Source: Tubiluchus corallicola (Eukaryota; Animalia; Priapulida). Taken from it: a stretch of DNA of 64,000 nt. Each line of letters opens with the position of its first letter. Within the stretch, counting starts at the first letter, position 1. Location of the stretch: contig JAQGDQ010000292.1 in NCBI GenBank assembly GCA_030141605.1, positions 124,001-188,000 on the forward strand, in the 5' to 3' direction. The notes under the pieces were generated by a model, which saw only the letters and a program-made list of their open reading frames with translations, searched no databases and was not told where the DNA came from. This document shows, one piece after another, positions 1 to 11,426 of this stretch. The translations under genes were made by a program, and so were the position numbers.

Positions 1-184
1 CATTCAATCAATAGTGTGCATTGACATGCAGTGGTCATTTATTGAATGAGTCTATGCAGCAACTGAAGCCATTTAGAATTAGGTGTTGACGTACGGAGCT
101 CGAGTTAATTCTGATTCGGTTCTTCTGATTAAACCTATCCAAATTCATTCGCATTTTTCATTGTACTTATTAGTTGCAGAAGCA

Positions 185-236
185 GACGTGTTTTCACGTA
201 CGTGACGTCATAGCTCAAACTGTGCGCGTGACGTAA
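185..236. promoter_or_regulatory. Cluster of CRE/E-box-like ACGT motifs
   Basis: CACGTACGTGACGTCA and CGCGTGACGTAA in a locally CpG-rich patch; function is inferred only. Confidence 0.3.
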
Positions 237-603
237 CAGAATTAGCCTTACATGTGTCGCCAAAAATCACTGTTTATTCGAGGGTAATGTAAACGTGAAC
301 ACTGTTTACTGTAAAAGTAAACTATCGTTCTGCTAAAAACTATTTACATCATTGCAGCGTCGGTCATTAGCGGGTAAATTATAAGAATACATTGTACGAA
401 AGCTACAAGTAGTGACGTACGCCTTAAGCGTAATGCATTCTGAACGTGATAAATGTGATTACTGAAAGAGATTATTGCCCCAAGACTTTTCGCAAACATT
501 TTTGATATTAACAACGAATTTTTCAAGTGACAAATACAGCTTACACGAAAAGTAGATTACGTAATCGCAAACAAAACAATTGAATTTTTGTGCTTGTCTC
601 CAG

Positions 604-775
604 TTGTAACGCCGAAGTTGTAAATTTTCCCGAAAATGCCTTCTATGGTGGTTGTTGGCTTTGTCTTTTTGTTTATCATTGTACTCATCGTTATCATTCT
701 TCTAATTATATTGTGATTCTTGCAAAGCTGTAGTCACAAAGGAGTGCTTGCTAAAAGTAGATTGAAAACTGTCAG
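604..775 (+). other. Candidate non-coding exon carrying a 26-codon hydrophobic small ORF (636-716)
   Basis: Acceptor tttttgtgcttgtctccag and donor CAG|gtaaga, with stops in all three frames. Confidence 0.45.
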
Positions 776-1444
776 GTAAGATTAGAAAGTGGCTTAACGA
801 AAAATAAAACATTGCACTGAAATACGAGATTCTTTTTAACTAAGCCAGATTAAATGAAAGCTCATATATTACATGGAATTATGTTGTTTACTGGCTTCTC
901 TAAATTTTAGAAAAATGTAACTTTAACGTAAAGGAAATTAAACACAGTAACAATATTTTGAGTAGTCCAAAGCACAACACTGATTTTTAGGACCTAATAA
1001 AAGGACCTAAATTTTATTATTTTTTTAATGTGTTTGTTATATGTAACCACATAATGATATAACTGTTACTACATGTATGCTAATCATATTCTACATTCAC
1101 GTTTAGTTAACCTTTTCTGGATTACTCTTCAGCAACAATTTTCTTTCTTGTTGTCTTTCCTGCAGCAGCATCAACCTCTTTTACCCAGTCACCATTTCTA
1201 TGCACTTGCATAATATGTGACATATAACACGTACAGCAACTGCAGGTTCTATTACAATAGAAAATCTAAGTCTCCTGATTCATTATGAAACTAATTTCCT
1301 GCGCACAAAGCAGCAATATGATGAATTAGTGGTTACAATTGCCACTAATTGGCAATTTATTCAGAGCTGATCTAATATTGCTACAGGGTCTTCGTTAGTT
1401 TCCTAAAAGACCCACGTTGGTAAGCTGTGCTGGATTGTCTACAT

Positions 1445-2234
1445 CTACATCTGATCAGGCACTGTCTTTTTGGGTGACTCTTCAAGATGGCTGCTATACA
1501 AAGGTGATACCAGCAACTCTGCGATCTCATTCTCTACTGCCTTACTGACATGGGAATCTAATCGCAATGTCATCTGATCATTCTGCTTGTTATCTATCTT
1601 CTCGAGTGCACATTCTGATGTTTCCTCTAACACGTTTTCTGGTTCGCTGTTATTTTTCTGAGCAGTTCCAGGTATTGGTGTGTTACTTTCAACACTGTCA
1701 ACGCTTGGTTTTCTTTGAGTCTTCGCAAAATGATGATCAGATGAGTTTTCCAAATCGTCACCAGGTTGAGCTGGATCGTCTACATCTGCAGCCGGTAGAG
1801 GACTACTTTTATTGATTGCCTCCGCCAAATGACTGTCATGCAAAGTTGCCGGATGAACAACTACCACCTCATTTTCTACACCAACAGTGACCTGCATGGA
1901 ATATGGTGACAGCATTTGCGGATCATTTTGTTTCTTGTCCAAGTTCTCAGATGCAGATGTTGGTATTTTATCTAATACGTTTTCTAGTTCCATGTTGCTT
2001 TTCTGAGAGGTCCCGGGTATTGCTGTGTCATCTTCAACGTTACCCTGGCTCTGTTTTCGTTGATTTTTCGACCAAACCTTCTGTATCCGTCGTCGCTTTC
2101 TTTTTTCCTTCCAATTACAAGGGCCTAAGGGAGGCAGAGCTGTTGGCGTTTTGGATCCAAACAGTTCTCCTGTGAAATGCCTCACAGAGCTTTCTGTCCT
2201 AGGAGAGTCAAGTAAATGCTGTGCGCAACAACAG
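1445..2234 (-). pseudogene. Orphan exon-like ORF with a two-copy, about 115-aa acidic repeat; frameshifted at its 3' end
   Basis: Acceptor tttctttgtgtttatag at 2235, frame open from 2234 to 1445. Repeats IPGTSQKSNMELENVL..LDKKQND and IPGTAQKNNSEPENVL..IDNKQND. The DVD[DN]PAQ of the second copy continues in another frame. Confidence 0.5.
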
Positions 2235-2459
2235 CTATAAACACAAAGAAAATGTATGGTTTTAGGTATTTATATTATATGTTTGGATAACTACGAACTA
2301 GTGGCACAATAATAGTGTTTTCAGCGTTTTCAAAGCAGAATGCACCGTTGATGAGAAAAAGACTGAATGAATGCAGATCCAGATCCGCAAGCGTGACTAT
2401 GTTTGGCCACTGTGGTTAAGTCATGTCTGTAACTGATTACTTGTGATCACATGTAACTT

Positions 2460-3686
2460 ACAAGTCTAGACGTGTACGGTGCTCGTGGCAAATTATCATT
2501 TGACTATGCCGAGTCCAATGCGGATTACCCGACACGTTTGACTGAGCACTTTGCCTTATTTTAACACTTGGCTCCTATCTCAGACTCTTAAACAACTCCA
2601 GCTGAGCACTTACCCGAGGTAACTACCCTGCAAGTTTCGTGATTCGAAGTATAATAACTTTATAGTTATTCAATGTTATGCATTTTGGTTACTATCTGGG
2701 CACATTGGCGTACGGGGCGGGAGGCAGACTGCCCCCCATTTTTCTGGTTTAAAAAAATTCGGGTAAAATTGATGCCCAAATTCGGGCAGAACTGCCCTTT
2801 ATATTTTCAGAAAATAGTTTTTTCAACTTCGAAATTGATATTTTTTCAGATTTCAATCGTCATCGCCTTATTTTTTCCTGGAATTCAAATATGGCCCGAA
2901 TCTTGCGAGAGTAATATTTATGCCATGCAGCTGGATGCCCGAATCTTGATCTCACAGGAGGCGTCGTCCGCGCCAACTCCGGAGCCCGGACCGGCAGTGA
3001 GAGTGGTCTCGAAACAATTAGCACTCGCAAAATTGAAAATATATTAGTCGCTGGGTTCTCTGCAGGTCTCTGATTGTTTATAAAACTCTTATCACTTCCT
3101 ACATTTCAATAATGGCTAATAATTAATGTTGATCAGCTTCATGAGTTCAGGCTTGTGTCATCAGAAATGACGCCTTTTTGTATTCGCTATCTGGAACCTA
3201 GTAAAGTTGTACTTGTTGAAACGGGGGCCTAAAAAATCGGGTGAAATTCTAAGAATTCGGGCAAAGAATCCTCTGCCCCCTCCCAAAATTCAGGGACCCC
3301 GCACGCCTATGTCTGGGCATCTTAAAGAATCTCAAATATTTAAAAGTTCAGTACATTTACCCATAGTACCTATGAAAAAAAATTCTGTTTTTCTTTTTTT
3401 TGAACGTAACTCAAAGTTATAGCTGGAGCTGAATGACAATGGAAAAACTGATCGATGTCCAGTGTTCTTGACCGTTTGACCTAAGTCACTAGACCATTTT
3501 CAAGACGATAACTCAAGTGTCTACTTTGCAAGTTTCGTGCCTTTGCGTAACTACAGTTTTAGAGTTATTCAATATTGTGACTCTAACTTGACTGTGTTAT
3601 TGACCCTTTGAATGACGATGATGGAAAAAAATCGGCGTATGGGTTTACTTAGTTAGATCCTCGCACATCGCGCACGCAGATAAAAA
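2460..3686. repeat. Older interspersed repeat interrupted by the hAT element
   Basis: The internal subrepeats TGCAAGTTTCGTG and GTTATTCAAT occur on both sides of the hAT insertion. Boundaries are approximate. Confidence 0.45.
2703..3311. mobile_element. Non-autonomous hAT-type DNA transposon
   Basis: TIR CATTGGCGTACGGGG / CCCCGCACGCCTATG (13 of 15 match). Perfect 8-bp TSD TCTGGGCA at 2695-2702 and 3312-3319. Confidence 0.88.
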
Positions 3687-4527
3687 ATGTAAGTGACCAA
3701 CTTACCAAAAGCTTCAACAGGAATGCACGTAGAAAACTGAAAAGCTAGGAATAGGTAACTTGCCGAGGCAATATGTGACGACAAAAGTTTAATATCGAAA
3801 GATTATAACCGTTATTTTAAGAGACGGTTTTTTATTAGATTTTTTAATATTAGAAACAATGATACTTCCGGCGCCAGACTGATGTTACAAGGCGCGGTTA
3901 TATAGGCCTATCACCTTTTCCATGATAAAGCTTAATTTCTACTTTGATAAATTATCAATTTGTAATGTTAGCTGCCATCTTAGATTTTGGCTGTCATTTT
4001 GAAATTTCATGCTTGCAATAATTCCCACCTCACAGAAGATGTAGTACACCGTAAGTGTGCCATACTCCTTGTTTGCATCACCTTATACACTTATCTTATT
4101 CACCTCATCTATTTGCTACTGTGGACTTAAACTGTGGAATTCATCACCATCAACGTCAGTATAATATTTACTGTTTCATTGCCAGCTAAATAGAGTAGAA
4201 TAGAATAGGATTTTTTACTTGGATAAGTAGAAACATAAGGCTATTTCCATTACAGTTCAAGTGTGGTTAGTAATTACTAAAAATAAAAATACGATTATAA
4301 ATAAAAAACAAGAAATTAAGAAAAGCTTTATAAAACAAACTCAACACAAACACATTGCAATACACCCACAGTAAAATTAGCATATTAATTACTAAAAACA
4401 AAAAAATACTATTATTAAAAATGAGAATTTAGGAAAAGTATTGTAAAATAAATAAAACACAAAAATAATACATACAAGCTAAAATTAAACATATTAAATT
4501 TTAAAAATAAGAAGCGCTATTATTAAA

Positions 4528-4864
4528 ATATGAAATTAAGAATTGCAGAGTAAACAACATACTGCAATACATCCACAGTCAAATTATGCACAGTAATGAA
4601 ATTTAAATACAAGATAAGGCTAAAAGCGTATAAAGTTTCACAAATTTTATAGTTTAAAAGTGTCGAAATGTAAACAATATCGTCTGCTACTAACATATGA
4701 AGTTAAGAATTGCAGAGTAAACAACATACTGCAATACATTCACAGTCAAATTATGCACAGTAATGAAATTTAAATACAAGATAAGGCTAAAAGCGTATAA
4801 AGTTTCACAAATTTTATAGTTTAAAAGTGTCGAAATGTAAACAATATCGTCTGCTACTAACATA
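4528..4864. repeat. Two-copy tandem duplication, 167-bp unit
   Basis: Near-identical units start at 4528 and 4695. Confidence 0.9.
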
Positions 4865-5953
4865 ATTCAGGTCTCCATAACTACCTATTACAGGCCTACC
4901 TGTGTGACACACCAGTTATAACATTGTGTTCTTTGAGTAAAATGTACAGCGCGTTGTGATCTCATCCAGCTGAATCTTCCTAAGCCAATCTTCCTATCCC
5001 TTTGAACAGTCTTTTATCTGCCACCTTTACCCCTGACTGCACCGCTTTTTATTATTACATAAAAAATTTTCCTCTTAAACTGTCTAATACGTTTTCTTGT
5101 TCTGTTTTTTAATTGTATTTCCAAATTACTAACTTGCTTCCTTCTGAGCTTTGACCTTCAGTTATGGTCCTTAAAAATTGGCGACAATTGATAAAAATAT
5201 TTTGGCTAGAACTCTAAAGAATGATTTCATAACGATTGCCAAAAATTAACATACAATTTGAACGAAAGCGAAATTTAGTACATAGGATTCAGCCGTACTT
5301 AGCCCACTATCTTAAAAATAACATACATACTTCGCCACAATTCCTGTACAGCCAAAACAGCAACTATTATAACATTTCCCCCACGTTATACAACAGCGTC
5401 TACAACAAGAACGACAGCAGGACTGGCATCCTCTTAAACAATGAGAACAAGTTAACCCCATGCTCTTCACATGATCTGGGGTGATACCTCATGATTGCGC
5501 ACACTAATTCGCGATGTTATACTGGGCTAGAAACCATAAGATGTTTGAAGATCTGCACACAACATGTACGACAGCAATATCTTAAATGAAACCATCTAGG
5601 CAGAAAGAACTTTCAATTAAAACGTCATCAAATATAGTTTGATTGTTAAAAAAATTTTCATTGTTTGGCGAATTAGAATTCTTTTTTATTAAGACTTGTT
5701 TTGAATATGTCTGCTACTAGCAGCATTTTGTTGGCTCGTTCCAGTTTCAGAACCATAATGTCAGGAACTACTAAATATAAAACAGCGTTTTTCCTTGTAT
5801 TTAGTAGTCCTTGCTACTTGGTTCTGTGAAAGTCTTTACAATTATATAGAATGCATTCACACTCCATAAATAAGAAGGTACATGTGGCAACTGTCTATAT
5901 TGCAAAACTTGGATTGGATTTGCAAACACGTTAATTATAACTTACAAAAGCTA

Positions 5954-6012
<59 letters not shown>
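5954..6012. repeat. (AAT)n microsatellite
   Basis: Seen directly. Confidence 0.97.
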
Positions 6013-6015
<3 letters not shown>

Positions 6016-7429
6016 TCACCTTTTAGAACAATTTTTAGTTAGCAAGCATTGTTAGTTTTTTCAAAACGTAATGCTAACACTTAAACTGTCTCTCCAGCAA
6101 ATATCTAATGACATCTTTTGAGCAAAATCTTAGGTATATTTGCGCAGAGCCATCTATTTACTATTCAAATTTCTTATGAGTTTTGTTAGTGAAAGACGCC
6201 ACGTATTATACAAAAAGCCCAAAATAAAAAAAGATCAAGGAAAACTGAAACCATACATTATTTTATGTTAGCCATTTTACGTATACTCAATTAACAATCA
6301 CAAGCTTTCGGCAACTTCAAAGAACATTTCAGACTTGTACAAAATAGGCCGAATCTTCGTTATAAATGTTTGATTGAGTGTTTTCTGAAATTCAGTGAAA
6401 CTTATGTAATTTTATATTACAGGCCAATAGCGTACATCATCATCCGCTATCATTTTGAGTGTAGCATCTCATATTGATTTACCATCAGGGCAGAATTGGT
6501 GAAATGCACTGCATAAATATGCATCTCAGTGATAGATGAAATGAGAAATTTATTTTGCGTAATGGATGTTTTACAATGCAAGATTTCAAATGCACAACTA
6601 GTCAAGGATAAGTGCAGAAATTCAACTAGCAGTGTAAATAAAAAAAAACAGATCACGACACTACGTTTAACAAATTAATGTACCTATCAACAAATCATTC
6701 ACAAGAATCAATACACCAATACTTAATTAAGATGTTAGCAGCAACGTCTCATAACAATAATTAATTTCACGCAATGGTTAATTACACCAATTAATTACGT
6801 GGTACATAATTAGTTTCTAAGAACACTATGGCATTAATTTTTAAGACAGAAAAAATGATTGTTCAGACCATACTCATATTGATTTATGGTTAAAAATATG
6901 CATTGTTTCCATTATAGTTTCCAAATTGTTTTGCTAATTAAATCTTAAGTTAAAAACATAATTAGAGGCCTGCAGGTGCACTTAGCAATGTCTGAACTTT
7001 TCACAAATGTTTTAAAAAAAGCGAAAATTGAAATGGCAGTGAAACACAAAAAATTCGGAAATTCTAGTTGCAGGATTTCAAATATCTAGTTTATCGGGGG
7101 GGGGGGGCTAAGACGTGATTTCGCGAGGGTGCCCTGACGTCATAAGTGGGTTCTCGTCTGTTGCAAAAATATGTAGAGCTGAGAACACATATCACATGTA
7201 CACATATCACAAACTAAAAAAATCGGGCCTCTGAGATAACAAAGAATTCATTAATGTGAATCATTTTAAATCGTTAATTTCCTTTCTGCAGTATGGAGTT
7301 ATGGTCTGAAATAAGGAGTGGATTTTTTAACGCGACACAACTATCGACAAAAATATTATATATTTATATTCAGTCATTACCCTTTGGATCAATCGAGGTG
7401 CCAGTATTTTCATAAAATATGATGTTCAA

Positions 7430-8390
7430 ATATGGGCATTTGCTGTGTTGCCCTGGCATATATAGTTTTTAGGGTACCTTAAATGCCCCACTAAGTACTC
7501 CCTAGGGTACCCCCAAAATGCCCTGGTTAAAAATAATTTTAATCTTATAACGGATCCCTGGAGCATCCTAGACTTTAAACCTAACAACGACAGACAATTT
7601 AAGTGGTATTGACTGCGGACAAACACCATCAAAGCAGGATTGTCCAAAATTAGGACCTGCAATTCATATAGCGGCTACATCTGGTTTACTTGTAAATGAT
7701 ATGTAACCATATGTAATCATCCTTGGAAGCTTAGATGGTACCTGGTATCTGCCAGATACCCGAAACATAGAGCCAGGTTAACGTCTGGACTGAAATACCA
7801 GTCGAAATAAAATATAAATGATTGGTTACCAAGTCTGGAGATGAATAATAATGACAGACAGGTTAAGTAGTATTTACTACTCGCCAGATGCCCTAAAAGT
7901 ATGGCTGTCTAAATTTGGGACTGCCGTATCCCAAGTTGGTCCTTTATTTAGGGCTTCTGGTTTGTACTACTTCATTGCATGTCATTACATACTTCCAACT
8001 TTCAAGATGATTACGTATCATTCACAATTGTAGCCACTACATTATTGTAGGTCCTAATTTCTGACACTTCTACTTGACTACTTAAGGCGTATGACGGGAG
8101 ATCAGTATCACTTAAATTGCCTGTCATCGTTACGTTTGCGGCTGAAGATAGATCACTTACATTTAATTTTAGCCGGTAACCCGTAATGACGATGCAAGTC
8201 CTAATTTGACGAGACGTTCAAGGTTGCCTGGTAGTCAAACTGTCTGTCATTGTCAAACACGCGCTCCAGGGATCATGAATTATCCTGTAAAACTAAAACC
8301 GATTGGTATGTTCTAACTTTGATCTAGGAAGACATTTTAGGAGTATTATAGAAACTACATATAGCAATGGCACCCTGGCAGACGTCTATT
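7430..8390. repeat. About 1-kb imperfect palindrome (foldback element)
   Basis: Mirror-image blocks: GATCCCTGGAGC/GCTCCAGGGATC, ACAATTTAAGTG/CACTTAAATTG, AATTAGGACCT/AGGTCCTAATT, GTAATCATC/GATGATTAC. Confidence 0.7.
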
Positions 8391-9102
8391 TAAACTTGAA
8401 CTTATGTGACTAAATGTTGGTTTCTCGCTCCATTGATCTGAAGCGCCTGGCTGAGGGTCTAATATTGGTTTATGTGTCAACGATGAGAATAAAAATAAGG
8501 AATATTAGAATTTCCTGTGGTCTTTAGTCTTTATTAGTTTTGGTTTACAAATCTGGTTGCCTACCTATCAGACTGTTCGTTTAGCCGTCCGTCTGTATGT
8601 TTACCATTCTGTATGTATGCCTGCCTCTAGAGTCTTGCTAACAAAATTAACATAGTAATTTCTGTTAATATTGTCCATTCATTTGCCACCATTGAAGAAG
8701 TGTTTGTTGCAAAATGATTTCTTGTTTGTCGAGTTATGTGCCATCCTACAAGTGTCACGCGGTTTAGTCATTCGCACGGTTTGTGTGTTGCGGAAGTGGC
8801 TTCATGGAATGGGTTAACAGGCTGCAAGTCATTGGTTTATTATCAAACCGTTGAGGACCAGTCGAATCACACGTGCCAAACAAAAAATGCACTTGTATGA
8901 TTGTTATCGCTATAAGCACACTGTGACGCTCATGCTTATTTTAGGCCAGGTTATGTAACTAGTTCCTACTGTTATAATTCCACCATTTATAAAAGAACTT
9001 TAGTTAAGATGTTTAACGGTATAATGACAGAAGCCAACTTGTTCTGAAATCAGATTTCACCTGTACATTCAATGATACTGTTTATGCATTACTACTATAT
9101 CA

Positions 9103-11410
9103 TGTGACTGAAGCCACGTAGACGAAATTTTGGCTGTTCAGTTCGCCCAGGTATTCCGCTTTAAGTTGTCGAGTTAAGCGGACGTTCTCATGTCATGAAA
9201 TGATGGTTTAGTAGTAACGGTGCTCGCTTGTAGAAAAGCTATCTGTCTACCTGGTTACGACAGAGACGATAGTCGCATTTTTGCGATGATGCTTACCTGT
9301 TGCTGATTATATTTTCCTGACGCTGATGATACATCACTTACCAGTTGTCGATGATATCTGCTGCTGATGATACTTACCCGATTTACCTGACGTTGATGAT
9401 ACTGTCGTTGGTGCTTCCATGCTGATTACAAAATTGGTAATCCTTACCTTGCGACGAGTGCAGGAGCTTGGATGCTACCCCATTTTGGCGTCATATAAGT
9501 GGAGGCGTGTACATCAGGAGTCGTCAAAGTTTGGAGACGTCGTCGTCCACGTAATCAGCTCCATCAAGAGGTAGTGTAGTCAACCGTTCTATGGTGCACC
9601 ATTCCTTGATCAAGCCCCTGGTGAGGAGATGCTGCGGAATGGGAGCAGGAGAATAGTCGCTTGATGATGCCAAGACTGGACTGGTGAAAAACATTACGTT
9701 GTTCTTTTCCTTCTTAGCCGGCTTAATCTTTATTATTAACAGTTGTCTCGTAATGTGTTTTGAAACATTCATTAAATTGTTATATTATTTTATTAATTCA
9801 GTGGTTTCTTCACAGTGTTTTCGACTAAGTGTTTTATTCTTTACCTAAGGGTTACACTTAAGTCACAAACCACATATTTACAATAACGGAACTTAGACTA
9901 CATCGTCACATTATGGTGTCAGAAGTGGGATATTTGACTTTATTTGGTGTAACTCGGTAAGAATAAAATTCTTTGTCAGCATTTTGAGAATTTAATGATA
10001 TTTACTTTCAGGTAATTAGTTACATAGCTAATTTTCTGGGGGAATCTTTGGGCAAAAGCATATCGAAAGAACATAGCATCTTCCGTTGAGTGAATTTATT
10101 GATTACTCAGTTGAATGTGTTTTGTCCATTATTTAAATAGGTTTCCTGCAGATTTTGTAAACACTATAATTCCAGGTGTATGCCGACTTGAATGCCGATT
10201 TGTCCTTGATTACACTGTAAACGTTTCAAGTGCTAGTGAAACCGTTATTTCGTTGCAGGCTAGTCAAAAGTCTTGGCCTAGATTTTGTATATTCCTAGTT
10301 TGCTACTTTGTTTGATTTGCACTTACATTACCCCTAATATACAGTATTTTTGTATGTCTGTATGCGTTGAGCCAGTGTGTGTCAGTTGAATGATAGATCT
10401 ATAAATATTCTGCGAGCATAAAGTTTTTTCACTGTAACTACTATTTGTCCTATATTATCCTGTGATTAGAATGTACGCGTTTACGTGGAGAGTGAATTGC
10501 AGCAACTTACTGTACCTGTCTTAAAGCAGATAACTGTTGAACGTAGGCTAACTTTACCACTGGGTGCAAATAAGGCCGGAATAATTGATATAATCATGAA
10601 TGCACAGGGTAACCCTGTGACGACAGGTGAACCTAGTGTTAGACCGAAAGAAGTTGAAGGTGTGTCAAGCACACCGAGTGTGTCTGTTGCGCAGATGAGT
10701 GGGCGCAGACGTGTGTCTGATCAACTGTTAGCAACTCCCCCTCCTGCCGACCTTACCTTGCATTCTGCTATTAATGGTAAACCTGCGGATGATGAGATGA
10801 CAGAACGTTCAGTACCTCTTTACAATATTGAAAAGTTAAAGTTAGTAGAGCGCGAGAAAGAGCGTGAATGGGAACGGGAACAGAAACGTGAAGAAAGGCA
10901 TGAACGTATGCAACGTGAAGAGAGAGAATGGGAACGTGAGCGTGAGGAACGCAGAGAACGAATGCAGAAAGAGCAGTATCAGTTTGAGTTGAAGCTTCGT
11001 GAGCTGGATGCCTCATCTCCAAGTCACGTGACACAGGTTCCTCCTCAATCACCTGATGGCATACTTACTACAACCGCATCTCGAATACCCCGTGTAAAGT
11101 TATCACGTGTATTTACAGAGGAAACCGATGATCTGCATACTTTCTTACAGTGGTTTGAAGCAGTAGCCAAAGCTAACGGCCTTGAAGAGAAACACTTTGC
11201 TGCATCGCTGGGCCCAGCTTTATCCGGAAAAGCAGCCCAGGCTTTTCAACAAGTGCCACTTGACAGCATGCAAGATTACAATGTTGTAAAGAAGACTTTG
11301 TTAGCTGCCTATGTCCTCTCCAATGACATGTATCTTGAGCGTTTCCGCAAGATTACTCGGAGACCGGATGAAACATTCCGTCAGCTTTTAGTACGGCTTG
11401 ATCAGGCTTA
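9103..11410 (+). mobile_element. 3'-truncated Ty3/Gypsy (Gmr1-like) LTR retrotransposon: 5' LTR, PBS and gag only
   Basis: The LTR ends GTCACA at 9910 and starts at TGTGAC 9103 (alternatively TGTGACG at 8922). A PBS follows at 9914, then a gag ORF. No pol or second LTR is visible. Confidence 0.8.
9914..9930 (+). promoter_or_regulatory. Primer-binding site complementary to the tRNA-Leu 3' end
   Basis: TGGTGTCAGAAGTGGGA begins 3 nt after the LTR-terminal CA. Confidence 0.8.
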
Positions 11411-11426
11411 TTGCTTATTATTATAA
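10485..11426 (+). CDS. Retrotransposon gag (SAP/HeH-like N-terminus, E/R coiled coil, capsid region), truncated after RLDQAY
   Basis: 313-codon open frame. FLQWFEAVA...LSGKAAQAF...YNVVKKTLL...YLERFR is typical of Gmr1/SCAN-related gag. The true start codon is uncertain (the ORF starts at GTG). Confidence 0.75.
   Translation: MESELQQLTVPVLKQITVERRLTLPLGANKAGIIDIIMNAQGNPVTTGEPSVRPKEVEGVSSTPSVSVAQMSGRRRVSDQLLATPPPADLTLHSAINGKPADDEMTERSVPLYNIEKLKLVEREKEREWEREQKREERHERMQREEREWEREREERRERMQKEQYQFELKLRELDASSPSHVTQVPPQSPDGILTTTASRIPRVKLSRVFTEETDDLHTFLQWFEAVAKANGLEEKHFAASLGPALSGKAAQAFQQVPLDSMQDYNVVKKTLLAAYVLSNDMYLERFRKITRRPDETFRQLLVRLDQAYCLLL

Noticed and set aside
714-716. Selenocysteine or readthrough at the TGA of the hydrophobic ORF
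   Set aside because: No SECIS was identified, there is no homology support, and the downstream phase does not match.
3706-3736. 31-nt - strand micro-exon as upstream partner of the 2234 exon
   Set aside because: It contains a stop in the phase required for joining.
9914-9931. tRNA-Leu gene
   Set aside because: Only the 3'-complementary 17-18 nt are present, next to an LTR: a PBS.
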